The notes: generated by a model from the letters alone, not told the origin. Positions 32,320 to 42,655 are shown, counted from the stretch's first letter. The stretch is DNA of 64,000 bases from an uncultured Gammaproteobacteria bacterium (GCA_964472415.1 CAYYLC010000003.1:96075-160074); one strand, 5' to 3'. A program made the numbers and translations.

Positions 32320-32769
32320 ATGTCATTAGTCACCGCTCAGACAGAAATCGATTTGGAGAAAGTCGCTTTCAACCTCAACAGGAAGAATCTTTTATATGAT
32401 CTTTCTTCGAATCGGAAAGTAGACTTTACTCTTGATGAGTTCCTTGAGTTTGAGGGAGTGCAGGTGGTAAAGGATGTAAATGATCCTTATCTCTGCCATG
32501 TTCGACTGGTGATCCGGCCTGAATATAAGATGCCTGTAGGCTTCACCCTTGCGGTGAAGATTGGGCCGAGACATCCTATTAGTCGAATGTCCTATTTTCA
32601 TGAGTGGAATAATCTCCATTGCAGGGGGAAGCTGCCGAGAAGCAAAGTAGGAAGCCTCGAATTTGAGGTTGTAGAAACCCATGCAGCGCGGAAGCGCTAC
32701 AATGGACCAGAAGCGTATCAATGCCGCCAGAGGGCGCGCGAGCTTCCGCAATACTCTCATCATTACTAA
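32320..32769 (+). CDS. Hypothetical protein, paralogue B
   Basis: GAGGAG RBS; shares DLE..LN..YD.S, CHVR, G.TL.V and G.L.FE with the upstream gene. Confidence 0.7.
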   Translation: MSLVTAQTEIDLEKVAFNLNRKNLLYDLSSNRKVDFTLDEFLEFEGVQVVKDVNDPYLCHVRLVIRPEYKMPVGFTLAVKIGPRHPISRMSYFHEWNNLHCRGKLPRSKVGSLEFEVVETHAARKRYNGPEAYQCRQRARELPQYSHHY

Positions 32770-32899
32770 CGCGAAAGCGTTTTCATCACAAGATACGTCC
32801 CTTAGGGGATAGGAAGATTTTAGGTAGTGCATCATAAGCACTTTGCACGCTTTTTATGCGCAGCCTTTCATATCTTTCTATCCCCTTCATTCTAAAGCC

Positions 32900-33271
32900 A
32901 TGAAAGAAAGAGAATACATAGAGCCAGATATGCGGATTGTAAATCCGAATAATCCCGCTTGTTCCTTGGATATTTATGCCTACTCGAATTCTCATTTAAA
33001 AAATAGCAATGGAGAAAGGATCCGCGAAAAGGATTTGACTACCCGTTCAGGGGAACTCTATGAAGGAGTAAGTATTGCATTTGGTGCGTGGAATAATCCA
33101 GAATGTGAAAATGAAGATATGAGAGAAAAAGTAGTTCGCTCCGGTTTTGCGCCAGAGCTCCATACTACTCCTCAGGCGATTGACTCAGTTCTTCAGAAGG
33201 CGCGTGTCCTTATGGAAGAGTGTCCGTATAGAGATGGGGCACGGTGTAAGCAGAATTATCGAGAGTCATAG
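32900..33271 (+). CDS. Hypothetical protein
   Basis: ORF, probable start ATG 32900; no family recognised. Confidence 0.5.
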   Translation: MKEREYIEPDMRIVNPNNPACSLDIYAYSNSHLKNSNGERIREKDLTTRSGELYEGVSIAFGAWNNPECENEDMREKVVRSGFAPELHTTPQAIDSVLQKARVLMEECPYRDGARCKQNYRES

Positions 33272-33466
33272 ATTGTCTTCAATGCCAGGTGCAAGTTCTT
33301 TTGGAGCATATTGGAGCCAGCTATCAAGTTCATTTCTAACTTCTTCTACCAGTCCTGGAGTAGGCTCATGAGGATAGTCTTGAATCCAATCACTTAAAAC
33401 GTCGCGTGCGCTTTCTATTCTTCTGAAGTCTTCAATTTTTTCGTTATGATAGTTTCCTCGTTCCAT
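33266..33466 (-). CDS. Hypothetical acidic protein
   Basis: 66 aa ORF with TATACT -10-like box just upstream. Confidence 0.45.
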   Translation of the reverse strand: MERGNYHNEKIEDFRRIESARDVLSDWIQDYPHEPTPGLVEEVRNELDSWLQYAPKELAPGIEDNL

Positions 33467-33552
33467 AAGTATAAATAACTTTAATTTTAGGTTTCAAAAA
33501 TCGCGATACTCGTCTTTTAGTAAGTTTTTTTATCCGCGTTTATCAGATTTAT

Positions 33553-34173
33553 TTACCCCGATTGTCGCGCAATAGCCCGTTCATTATTTAATGTAAAACT
33601 GGTGCCATGTTTTTTGCTCATAGCCATATATTGTTTTTCTTGTTTCCTATTGTTTACCATAGCGCCGAGCGTATTTACTTCTTCCATTTTTTCTCGAGTG
33701 TTTCTAATAGTTAAAAATACCCATTCATAGAAATTGAGATGATATTTTCCTGGCTTTTCAGGAGTTTGTTGAGTGTTAATTTCTGTAAACACCATTTCCA
33801 TTTCTGCAGAGGCGTCTTTGAGTTTTTTGATCTCTATTCGGATTTCTTCAATCTGCATGCTAAGTTGCTGTTGCTCTTCATGGTTTTGCTTGCTTGGGGC
33901 TGCAAGAATTTCTTGAAAGTACGCCCGATGCTCAGCGCTTGGAGATTTTTTCTCTTGTTCTTGTTTAGGTTTTTCCCCTCCAAGCTCTACTTCATTTCCT
34001 TCTGTTAGACTTCCTTCTATTCCAAAGACTTGATGTTCAGCATCTATTGTGCTTTCTTTTAGTTGGCTTACTGCGGTTTTGTGAGTATCATCAAATATTT
34101 TTCTCAGCCCTGAGGTTAGATTTGCACCAGCTTCTGCAAGACTTGCGCCAATGATAGTGTTATCAGATTTCAT
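33553..34173 (-). CDS. DUF5660-like CPR protein
   Basis: PGKYHLNFYEW...KKHGTSFTLNNER..ARQSG C-terminus; family recalled from memory. Confidence 0.6.
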   Translation of the reverse strand: MKSDNTIIGASLAEAGANLTSGLRKIFDDTHKTAVSQLKESTIDAEHQVFGIEGSLTEGNEVELGGEKPKQEQEKKSPSAEHRAYFQEILAAPSKQNHEEQQQLSMQIEEIRIEIKKLKDASAEMEMVFTEINTQQTPEKPGKYHLNFYEWVFLTIRNTREKMEEVNTLGAMVNNRKQEKQYMAMSKKHGTSFTLNNERAIARQSG

Positions 34174-34205
34174 GGCCCTTATTATAGAATATTAGGCTCT
34201 TTTTT

Positions 34206-35093
34206 TCAAATTTGAGTGAGGAAATCAATAGTTTTTTGCTGTCTTATAATACTTGCGACGAGATACGGATTTTGCATAATTTCTTGTTGTTGTTCTTTGT
34301 CTCCAATTTTTCCTATTGCATTCGCGATATCTTCTTCATTTACTGTGATTTTTTCTACTTCAGCAACTTTTCTCAGGAAGAATTCAAGTTTAATATCTCG
34401 CTCTGCGCGGTTTCTGTACTCCTTGCGCATATCTTCTCCGGTGATTTTTTTGCTTTCTAAATATTGTTCAAGTGTCATTCCGAGCATTTTTATTTCATCA
34501 ATCATTTGTGATAAAAGTCGTGATACTTCACGCTCAATAATAACATTGGGTATTGTGATTTTTGCTTGAGAGAGTCCTGCAGTAATAACAGCATCAATAG
34601 ATGGCTTTTGAGGCTCCTTGTCTTTCTCAGTAACGATTTTTCCTTTTGCATTGAGGTCTTGGATTGCCTTTTTGTACTCTCTAAGTTCGACCTTTGGCTC
34701 TTCGGCGACTTCTGCGCTAAATCGTAGATCATGATTGAACTCATATGCCTCAATATGAATCTGTGGAGTTATGATTGGTTGCAATTTGTGCTTTTCTACC
34801 GCTTCTTTATATGCATTCGTTACAAGTTCTTTCAGAACCTCTTCTTTGAGTGCTTCTTGGGAAACGTTTTTTTTCGCAACTTCTTTTGGTGCCATTCCCT
34901 TTCGAAATCCTGGAACAGTCACTCGTTTTATGAACTCATCTTCTCGTTTTTCATACTCTTTTTTCACGAGATCTTTTGAGACTGTGATATTAAGTTCTAT
35001 TGTGCCGTCCTTTTTACGAATAAGCTCCTTTTTTGGTTCTTCAGCCTGAGCTTTTTGAGTTTTTTTGGGAGTAGTTTTTTTTGTTTCAGCCAT
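34206..35093 (-). CDS. tig: Trigger factor, apparently lacking the PPIase domain
   Basis: VPGFRKGMAP ribosome-binding signature; only 295 aa. Confidence 0.9.
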   Translation of the reverse strand: MAETKKTTPKKTQKAQAEEPKKELIRKKDGTIELNITVSKDLVKKEYEKREDEFIKRVTVPGFRKGMAPKEVAKKNVSQEALKEEVLKELVTNAYKEAVEKHKLQPIITPQIHIEAYEFNHDLRFSAEVAEEPKVELREYKKAIQDLNAKGKIVTEKDKEPQKPSIDAVITAGLSQAKITIPNVIIEREVSRLLSQMIDEIKMLGMTLEQYLESKKITGEDMRKEYRNRAERDIKLEFFLRKVAEVEKITVNEEDIANAIGKIGDKEQQQEIMQNPYLVASIIRQQKTIDFLTQI

Positions 35094-35211
35094 TTGGATA
35101 TTGTAACAAATTATTTCTTGAGTTCAAGGCTTCCTTGAAAAATGCTCTTGAGATGATTTCTCCATTGTGAATTGTTGGAGCTTTATTTCCCCAACATCCA
35201 TAAATAGTTCA

Positions 35212-35844
35212 TTATGTTATGTCAGGAAGATTCTTAAGTTTAACCCCATTGTATTCAAAATAGTTTGCGCCTTGATATGCGCCGCTTGTGTTAAGTTGAT
35301 TTTTCTGCTCGAAAATTTTATAAGTTAGCGGTGAAAGCTTCCAAACTTGCCCTCCATGTTCAGCCTCTCGCTCACCAACTATTTTTGCAGTTATGTCTTT
35401 ATCGGATATAAATGTAATTACGTCTCCGTTTTTCAATCCTTTTCGGTAAAAACTAAACAAAGCTCCTTGTTTTCTTGCTTCTGAAACCTCGTCAAATTCT
35501 TTTTCTTTATCTATGTTTTTTGGATAAATAATCTTACCTTCAAAAGATAGAAGTAATTGCTTAGCTACTTCGTAATCTAATGCAAATAATTCACTATCTC
35601 CGATGCGTTGTTTGCTGAATACATCATGTAATAGATTTTCTTTATCCTGGTAATCTTCGACTTCAATGGCAAAAAATCGCTTAAGCCCTGAAACATTATA
35701 GTACCCGTTTGATTCTAGAAAACGCATTCGCTCCTGATAATTGTTTGTCCCTGTCTGCCCAATTTTAAGCAGACCCGAAACAGCCGTTGTCATTATGTAG
35801 ATAATGCCTTTTGTCATTGCTGTAATTTGAGGTTTAGTAGACAA
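35212..35844 (-). CDS. GIY-YIG (T5orf172-like) domain protein
   Basis: GIIYIM...LLKIGQT...ERM...ENLLHDVF...ELF. Confidence 0.75.
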   Translation of the reverse strand: MSTKPQITAMTKGIIYIMTTAVSGLLKIGQTGTNNYQERMRFLESNGYYNVSGLKRFFAIEVEDYQDKENLLHDVFSKQRIGDSELFALDYEVAKQLLLSFEGKIIYPKNIDKEKEFDEVSEARKQGALFSFYRKGLKNGDVITFISDKDITAKIVGEREAEHGGQVWKLSPLTYKIFEQKNQLNTSGAYQGANYFEYNGVKLKNLPDIT

Positions 35845-35862
35845 ATTTTATGTAGCTTATTG

Positions 35863-35943
35863 TGCCCGGGAAAGGACTTGAACCTTCACACCTTTCGGTA
35901 CTGGTTCCTAAAACCAGCGCGTCTACCATTTCACCACCCGGGC
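35863..35943 (-). tRNA. tRNA-Leu(TAG)
   Basis: GCCCGGG/CCCGGGC acceptor stem, CTGGT-TTTAGGA-ACCAG arm, variable arm. Confidence 0.93.
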
Positions 35944-35984
35944 ATCGTAGGAATTATACTATGCACAAGTAAGTGATTTCCACC

Positions 35985-36527
35985 TTAGATAGTAATTTCT
36001 ACTTCATTTTTAAGAATATCTATATACTCTTTTTCAATAGAATTTATGAAAGAATTTACTCGCACTGCCCACGTAGGAGATTCAGCATAAATTGGCCCAA
36101 TAGTCCATACAGTATCTGCTCCACGGTCATAATACCGAGATTTTAGTGATTGGGTAATCGTATCAATACCATGTTCCCAAGATTCAAAGTAAATATATCC
36201 TCCACCCCACCCATATGCATTATAGGAGTTTGGCATTAGGTGTTTTCCAAATCCAGATTCAAGCCCAGAGATTGCAGGGAGAAGTTTCCAGTCCACGCCA
36301 TTTTTATCAGCAAGTGCAACATATGCTGGAGCAGCTGATTTTAGTGGTGAATTGTATCGCTCGAACACCTTTTCAAGTGCCTGAACGCGGATATCATCAC
36401 GAGGAGCGATCTCGCTTCCAATTGCAAGCTGCGCCGAAGCAGTCTGTTGTAGTTGATGTGCGTTTACCTTTTGCGGCATAAGAATTGCTGCAAAAAGAAT
36501 AATTGCTATGATTACAATTTTTTTCAT
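35985..36527 (-). CDS. Secreted glucosaminidase/lysozyme-like cell wall hydrolase
   Basis: Signal peptide; YNSPL, DWKLLPAISGLESGFG, NAYGWG motifs. Confidence 0.75.
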   Translation of the reverse strand: MKKIVIIAIILFAAILMPQKVNAHQLQQTASAQLAIGSEIAPRDDIRVQALEKVFERYNSPLKSAAPAYVALADKNGVDWKLLPAISGLESGFGKHLMPNSYNAYGWGGGYIYFESWEHGIDTITQSLKSRYYDRGADTVWTIGPIYAESPTWAVRVNSFINSIEKEYIDILKNEVEITI

Positions 36528-36661
36528 ACAGTGTCCCGTCTCCGGGAAGTTTTTGTAACTGTTCAAGCTTTCTCAGTACATGAAAAAACTTGAGGATTCC
36601 AAAAACTGTATTGGGGAAAAAGTAGAAGGGTCTAAATATAGATTTACTATATTCAGACCAT

Positions 36662-36736
36662 AAAAAAATCCTAAAGTAGTTTTGGGCTACCTTAGGACCT
36701 GTTGCGTATTGTATCAGTTGACTATAGGTTTGTCAA
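36662..36736 (-). promoter_or_regulatory. Promoter immediately followed by an intrinsic terminator in the leader of the hydrolase gene
   Basis: TTGACA (36736-36731), 17 nt, TACAAT (36713-36708), then hairpin TCCTAAGGTAGCC-CAAA-ACTACTTTAGGA plus T7. Confidence 0.6.
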
Positions 36737-36776
36737 GGGGTAAAACTACGGGATGTAGTGCCAATTTTGAGGCTAA

Positions 36777-37361
36777 TTAGAGATGTGTGGATATCTGTCC
36801 CATTACAAAATTAACTGTTTCTGCCCAGGATCCATTACTTACCGGGTTGTATTTTTTCATAATTTCCTCAGGACTTACAAGTCCGATTCCTACATATCGT
36901 TCTCCGAGTCCTTTTGAGACTGTAGTTATTGCCTCTGGGTAATCAGTGAAATAGGTAGTCTTTCCTCCGTAAATTCCATACCCCCAACAATTATGTGAGT
37001 GCTTGGGGATTTTATGGCATAAAGTACTTTCCTTCATAGCAATAGCTGGTACGAGTCTGTAATCTAACCCATGCTTATCAGCTTCTGTAACTATCAGCTC
37101 GGCATATGGTTTGAGGGGAGAATCATAGCGTGCAAAAAATTCTTCAAGTGCGGTGATTCTACTATCTGATGTAGTGATCATTCCATTTATCTCACGTGTC
37201 TCTTCTGGGAGTGCTTGGTATTTCGGTTTTTCAGCATAAATAATTGTTTTATGGAGGCTGTTAGAGCTAAATAGTGTCGTTAGAAGCGCTGCAGTGAGGA
37301 TTATAAAAACCAAGAATGAGCTTATGAAGTACCCTGCTATAAAAGCAATTCTCTTACCCAT
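36777..37361 (-). CDS. Membrane-anchored glucosaminidase/lysozyme-like protein (paralogue)
   Basis: YDSPL, DYRLVPAIAMKESTL, NCWGYG, KYNP...W motifs. Confidence 0.75.
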   Translation of the reverse strand: MGKRIAFIAGYFISSFLVFIILTAALLTTLFSSNSLHKTIIYAEKPKYQALPEETREINGMITTSDSRITALEEFFARYDSPLKPYAELIVTEADKHGLDYRLVPAIAMKESTLCHKIPKHSHNCWGYGIYGGKTTYFTDYPEAITTVSKGLGERYVGIGLVSPEEIMKKYNPVSNGSWAETVNFVMGQISTHL

Positions 37362-37487
37362 ACTTTAATCTGTCATTTTCACGATTTAAAGTCAAGGTGT
37401 AAGACTACTAAAAACTGTTACATACTAATAGTTTACAATATTAAACAATTGTTTTGAGGTATGAATATTGATACAATTTGAGGGTAA

Positions 37488-37571
37488 GCCGGAGTGGCGA
37501 AATGGTAGACGCGCAGTGTTCAGAACGCTGTATCCTTTGCGGATGTGGAGGTTCGAGTCCTCTCTTCGGTA
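37488..37571 (+). tRNA. tRNA-Leu(CAG)
   Basis: GCCGGAG/CTTCGGT acceptor stem, CAGTG-TTCAGAA-CGCTG arm, variable arm. Confidence 0.92.
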
Positions 37572-37702
37572 CACTAAAGCCTAAGCTTTTTGACAGATTA
37601 TTTGGCTGGATTTTTTATAACTTAAAGATTATGGGGGATTTCTACCTGTATATTTGAGTTTTAAATCTTGCGAGCATACTAAAAGTTTATTATGATAAGT
37701 GT

Positions 37703-38017
37703 ATGGCGAAGGAATTTAGTCATTCAATTCGAACCGCTTACTTCTACCTCTTTTCTGCAATTGGCGTAATTCTTCTCATAGTTGGCGTTTTTAAATTATC
37801 AGACTTTACGGTAAAGCAGGTATTTTTAGATGAGTACTATCTTCCATACGAATCTGGGCGATGTAATTATCCACAGCCTCGTGAACAGTGCATGGAAGAG
37901 CTTAAGCGGGAACGAGATCTTAAAGAAGTGACCGATGTTTCAAGCTCAATTACATTTATTGTCGTTGGGTTATTGCTTTTTGGGTTTCATTATAAGAAAG
38001 CACGAAAGCTTTCTTAA
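37703..38017 (+). CDS. Hypothetical 2-TM membrane protein (DUF5671-like)
   Basis: IRTAYFYLFSAIG...VGLLLFGFHY pattern. Confidence 0.6.
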   Translation: MAKEFSHSIRTAYFYLFSAIGVILLIVGVFKLSDFTVKQVFLDEYYLPYESGRCNYPQPREQCMEELKRERDLKEVTDVSSSITFIVVGLLLFGFHYKKARKLS

Positions 38018-38061
38018 TCTTGAGATTTAGCTTAAAATTCTCTATACTACTCTAGTCTTTT

Positions 38062-38134
38062 GCCGAGATTGCCAAGTTGGTCAAGGCGCGTGTCTGAAGA
38101 ACACGTTATCCGGGTTCGATTCCTGGTCTCGGCA
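38062..38134 (+). tRNA. tRNA-Phe(GAA)
   Basis: GCCGAGA/TCTCGGC acceptor stem, CGTGT-CTGAAGA-ACACG arm, GGTTCGATTCC. Confidence 0.9.
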
Positions 38135-38349
38135 CAGCGAAATTTCAAGACCTCTATTTTTCGCTCTGATGAAATCAGAGCTTCAGTATCCGGTCTGAAA
38201 TTTCGCCCCTTAATCCCGCTGTGCGGGATTACAGAAATGTTTTGCATTTTTGAGAAGTCGAGAATTTTAATTTTCGAAATAAGGAATAGTGACGAAGGGT
38301 AAAGATTTTAAATTTATTTAAAACCGCCAAGCGAGGTCCATGAGGACGC

Positions 38350-38421
38350 GCGGGAATAGCTCAGTGGTAGAGCGTCTCGTTGCCAACGAGAAGGTCGAGG
38401 GTTCGAACCCCTTTTCCCGCT
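38350..38421 (+). tRNA. tRNA-Gly(GCC)
   Basis: GCGGGAA/TTCCCGC acceptor stem, TCTCG-TTGCCAA-CGAGA arm. Confidence 0.94.
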
Positions 38422-38756
38422 CCGAAATCAGAAGTATTTGTTTCTGTACTCCAAATTCATTGATCATCCTCTATTTTTAGTATAAAAGCGGTAGCTTTGT
38501 GGTTATAATAAAAAGTTATAGGATTGTATTAAGACACACCACTAGATAGGTTTTATTCTTGTAGTGTTTACTAGTATTAGTTATTGAGTTTTTGTAAAAA
38601 ATCTATTCCTCTATAAGCTTGGGGGCAAGTTTTCGCTCCTTAATATAACTGAGAAGCACAAGTGCCAAAAAAATAAAGGAGAATATTTATTCCGGAAATT
38701 CCCACCATCTCTGATGTTAAGGGTTTAGTCAGAGATAAATAATCTAAATCGATTAG

Positions 38757-38830
38757 TGGACGATGAGGGATTTGAACCCCCGACACCCTCGGTGTAAACG
38801 AGGTGCTCTAGCCAGCTGAGCTAATCGTCC
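38757..38830 (-). tRNA. tRNA-Val(TAC)
   Basis: GGACGAT/ATCGTCC acceptor stem, CCTCG-TTTACAC-CGAGG arm. Confidence 0.93.
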
Positions 38831-39022
38831 GAATTTCGGGAATGGATTTCGTACGGTTCATTTATGATACATCATAAATTGCGCCATTTTCATCATTCCT
38901 CCTTTATTCAAAAATACTTACGCATTTTTCAGAGTCACCCCGTTTAATGGGATGAGGTAGCAAGCTGACAAGTGTGTTCGAATCTAATCGAACTAAGCAT
39001 AAAGGTCTTGCCAGTTTTGCGG

Positions 39023-39104
39023 TGGGCTTGAGAGGACTCGAACCTCCACACCTTACGGCACAGCCACCTCAAGACTGCGTGTATACCAATTTCACCACAA
39101 GCCC
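39023..39104 (-). tRNA. tRNA-Leu(GAG)
   Basis: GGGCTTG/CAAGCCC acceptor stem, CAGTC-TTGAGGT-GGCTG arm, variable arm. Confidence 0.93.
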
Positions 39105-39240
39105 GACTTACTTTCATATTGTAGCAAAAAATTATGAGAAAACAATTATATCCTATAAGACTTGACAAATAAATAAATATCATTACAATGTAACTTTTAA
39201 GGCTTTTTGAAAAGTTTTTGAAATACTGTATAAATAGATT

Positions 39241-39681
39241 ATGAGAATAACAAGCCCAGCATTTGGTCATAACGAAATGATACCTGCAGAATATACGTGT
39301 GATGGGGAGGATGTTAATCCAACACTTATGTTTGAGGATGTTCCAGAGGATATTAAGTCTCTTGCGCTTATTGTGGATGATCCTGATGCTCCAGGAAAAA
39401 CCTGGACTCACTGGATAGTTCTGAATATTTCTCCTGATGCAGATGGGATACATGAGGATTCTGTGCCTGAGGAGAGTATCTTAGTGATGAATGACTTCGG
39501 AAGTACTCATTGGGGCGGTCCGTGTCCGCCACGAGGTATTCATAGGTATAGATTTAAGCTTTATGCGCTTGATGGAGAGCCTGAGTTTGAAGAAGATATG
39601 ACGATCCTGGAGATAGAAGAAGCAATAAAACCTCATGTAGTCGAAGAGGCAATGCTTATTGGGCTTTATACAAGAGAGTAG
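39241..39681 (+). CDS. YbhB/YbcL family (PEBP-like) protein
   Basis: YTCDG, DDPDAP...WTHW, GGPCPP.G.HRY.FKLYALD. Confidence 0.92.
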   Translation: MRITSPAFGHNEMIPAEYTCDGEDVNPTLMFEDVPEDIKSLALIVDDPDAPGKTWTHWIVLNISPDADGIHEDSVPEESILVMNDFGSTHWGGPCPPRGIHRYRFKLYALDGEPEFEEDMTILEIEEAIKPHVVEEAMLIGLYTRE

Positions 39682-39715
39682 ATACCCCCTTGATTGATCT
39701 TATTATATTTTTCCT

Positions 39716-40828
39716 ATGAAATTTCTTAATAAAAAAATTATTGGTATCGGTTTGCTTGGAGTGTTTTTATTTGCAGGTGGAATTATTTATTTTTCTGAAA
39801 AATTAAATAACGTTGATAAAGTTCAAAATGAAAAAAAATCTTTTAGAGAAGATGTTCTCTCCTCCCCTACGCCATCTGATGTTGAGATACAAATACCCGA
39901 GCGTTTTATCATTCCCATGAGACATCATACTTTTCAAACGTTTAACAATTGTGGTCCAGCGACTCTTTCTATGGCGCTTTCTTATTGGGATGTGAATATT
40001 TCTCAGCACGAATTAGGGAATATTTTGAGGCCATATCAGGTGGCGAAAGGAGATAATGATGATAAATCTGTAACGTTAGAAGAGGTTGCACGTCAAGCAG
40101 AGGTGTATGGATTGCATGCCTATCTTAGGCCAAATGGTACTCTAGAAAAGATAGAAAAATTCATTTCTCAAGAAATTCCCGTAGTGACACGTACTCGGTT
40201 AGAGCCTCATGAGGATATTGGACATTACCGAATAATTCGGGGATATGATAGAAATGCCCATGAGATTATTCAGGACGATTCACTTCAGGGAAAAGATTTA
40301 CGGTATTCTTATGGGGAATTTATTACATTGTGGCAGCCGTTTAATTATGAATATCTACTTATCGTTCCAGAAGAAAAAAAGGAAATCGTTGAGAAAATTC
40401 TTGGTGAAGAGCTTAGTGAGAGGGCTGCGTGGGAGAATGCGCTTTCTCGTATTGAAGCTGAAATTCAAGAAAATTCAGATAATTGGCATTTGATTTTTGC
40501 AAAATCTCGGGTTCATTATTATCTTGAGGAATACGAGAAATCTATCGAAGAATTTGAAAAAGTAGAAGATAGGATTTCTTTCCGGACCCTCTGGTATCAA
40601 ATTGAGCCGATAAAGAGTTATTATGAATTGAGGCGATATGAGAAGGTGTTTCAGATTACTGATGCAATTCTCAATAATCAAAATCGTGCGTTTTCAGAGC
40701 TTTATTACATTCGCGGTCAAATGTATTTAGATCAGGGAGATACGGCCCTTGCTCGAGGTGAGTTTGAGAATGCAGTGCGGTATAAAAATAACTATACTCC
40801 CGCAATTGAGATGCTTAAAAATCTCTAA
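39716..40828 (+). CDS. C39-like cysteine peptidase with C-terminal TPRs, membrane anchored
   Basis: [25 protein letters not shown]; TPR-like helices. Confidence 0.8.
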   Translation: MKFLNKKIIGIGLLGVFLFAGGIIYFSEKLNNVDKVQNEKKSFREDVLSSPTPSDVEIQIPERFIIPMRHHTFQTFNNCGPATLSMALSYWDVNISQHELGNILRPYQVAKGDNDDKSVTLEEVARQAEVYGLHAYLRPNGTLEKIEKFISQEIPVVTRTRLEPHEDIGHYRIIRGYDRNAHEIIQDDSLQGKDLRYSYGEFITLWQPFNYEYLLIVPEEKKEIVEKILGEELSERAAWENALSRIEAEIQENSDNWHLIFAKSRVHYYLEEYEKSIEEFEKVEDRISFRTLWYQIEPIKSYYELRRYEKVFQITDAILNNQNRAFSELYYIRGQMYLDQGDTALARGEFENAVRYKNNYTPAIEMLKNL

Positions 40829-42531
40829 AATTCGCTAATAATTTTTTCTTCAGAAATATGGAACCAGAAAAATCTATGACCAGTAAGAGTAAGGAAGTAT
40901 TTTTCGTCTGTAACTGTCGGAAATACGATTTCTCCATTCATCTCAAAGAGATTTAATCCTTTATATTCCGATAGATCTATTTCACAGTATTGCGCGCGTC
41001 GAGATAAATTATAGACACAGAGAATTGTGTCATCTTTATATTCTCGAATGAACGCAAAGATTGCTTTATTTCCGGTTTCAAGAGCTTGGAACGTTCCTCT
41101 TCCAAATGCCTTCGTCTTGCGCCTTACTTTTAGTCGAATCTTTACCCAATTGAGGAAAGAATATGGCATTTTCTCCTCTGTTCGTACATTGAGTGTTTCA
41201 TAATGATATGCTGGGTTTGTGATGGGTGGTAGATAGCAGTGTTCAGGGTCTGCTATAGAAAATCCAGCATTGAGATCGGAACTCCATTGCATAGGTGTTC
41301 TCACACCATTTCTATCTCCGAGAAATACGTTATCCCCCATTCCCAGCTCATCTCCGTAGTACATTACTGGACTTCCGGGAAGTGTAAGGAGCATTCCTGT
41401 GAGGAGCTCCATGGTAAGTTGGTCATTGTCTACGAGTGGCGCAAGTCTTCGTCTAATTCCTACATTTATTTTCATTTTCGGGTGTTTTGCGTATTCCATA
41501 TACATGAAGTCTCGCTCTTCATCTGTTACCATTTCAAGAGTTAGCTCGTCATGATTTCTTAAGAAAGTTGCCCATTGGGAATTTTTCGGAAGGTCTCTGG
41601 TCTGCTCCAGAATGTCTTCAATTGCAGTTTTGTCCTTTTTTGCAAGGGAAAGATAGATCCGTGGCATAAGCGGGAAATTAAATGCCATGTGGAACTCCGG
41701 GTTTTCGTTATCACCAAAGTATGGGATTGTTTCGGAGGGGATCTGGTTTGCTTCAGCAAGAAGAATTTTTCCAGGGTATTTTTCATCCATCATGCGTCTA
41801 ACGTCTTTGAAAAACTCGTGCGTTTCAGGAAGATTTTCTCCAGATGTCCCTTCTCGCTCAAATAAATACGGCACAGCATCACATCTCATTCCATCAAGTC
41901 CAAGGTCCATCCAGAAGCTAATAATCTTTTTCATTTCCTCGCGCACCTCTGGGTTGTCATAATTAAGATCTGGTTGATTGCTAAAAAATCTATGCCAGAA
42001 GTATTGTTTCGCTTCAGGATCCCAAGTCCAGTTAGAGGTCTCAGTGTCGGTGAAAATGATCCGAATATCTTTATATTTTTTATCATCATCTGCCCAAACA
42101 AACCAATTTCTCTTTGGACTATTTCTATCGGTACGTGCTTCCTTGAACCAGCTATGTTCATTTGATACGTGGTTAAATACCATATCGGAGATAATGCGGA
42201 GTCCTCTGTTGTGTGCTTCCTCTGTAAATTTTTTGAAGTCATCAAGTGTTCCTAGGTCAGGGTGAATATTATAAAAATCAGACACGTCGTATCCGTCGTC
42301 TTTAAGAGGTGAGGGGAAAAATGGGAGAAGCCAGATGCAGTCTATTCCCAGGCTCTGGAGATAGTCGAGTTTTTGAGTGAGTCCTGTAAAATCTCCTATT
42401 CCATCCCCATTGCTATCAAAAAATGTTCTCACATGTAGCTCATAAAAAACCGCGTCTTTATACCATAAGTCATCTTCTATATTTTTTTCTATAAGCTTTT
42501 CATCTAGCTCTCCGGGGGACATTCTAGACAT
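40825..42531 (-). CDS. treS: Trehalose synthase / maltose alpha-D-glucosyltransferase (GH13); start re-called to ATG 42531
   Basis: [45 protein letters not shown]. Confidence 0.93.
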   Translation of the reverse strand: MSRMSPGELDEKLIEKNIEDDLWYKDAVFYELHVRTFFDSNGDGIGDFTGLTQKLDYLQSLGIDCIWLLPFFPSPLKDDGYDVSDFYNIHPDLGTLDDFKKFTEEAHNRGLRIISDMVFNHVSNEHSWFKEARTDRNSPKRNWFVWADDDKKYKDIRIIFTDTETSNWTWDPEAKQYFWHRFFSNQPDLNYDNPEVREEMKKIISFWMDLGLDGMRCDAVPYLFEREGTSGENLPETHEFFKDVRRMMDEKYPGKILLAEANQIPSETIPYFGDNENPEFHMAFNFPLMPRIYLSLAKKDKTAIEDILEQTRDLPKNSQWATFLRNHDELTLEMVTDEERDFMYMEYAKHPKMKINVGIRRRLAPLVDNDQLTMELLTGMLLTLPGSPVMYYGDELGMGDNVFLGDRNGVRTPMQWSSDLNAGFSIADPEHCYLPPITNPAYHYETLNVRTEEKMPYSFLNWVKIRLKVRRKTKAFGRGTFQALETGNKAIFAFIREYKDDTILCVYNLSRRAQYCEIDLSEYKGLNLFEMNGEIVFPTVTDEKYFLTLTGHRFFWFHISEEKIISEF

Positions 42532-42655
42532 ACGAACACTATACCATCTCGAATGCGTTTCGTCATCATATAATTCCAATAATGATGTCTTCCTTGAAGC
42601 TGGGGTGCGTTTTTACTATAATTTACGGGTCCCACACTAAATATGGGTGCGTTTT

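Noticed and set aside
38165-38205. CTGATGA...GAAA as a hammerhead ribozyme core
   Set aside because: CTGATGA lies inside a perfect hairpin and I could not build stems I-III with the required geometry.
38047-39453. ORFs 38047-38247, 38060-38302, 38944-39453 and 38974-39165
   Set aside because: They overlap tRNA genes or the YbhB gene and have no protein-like motifs; treated as spurious.
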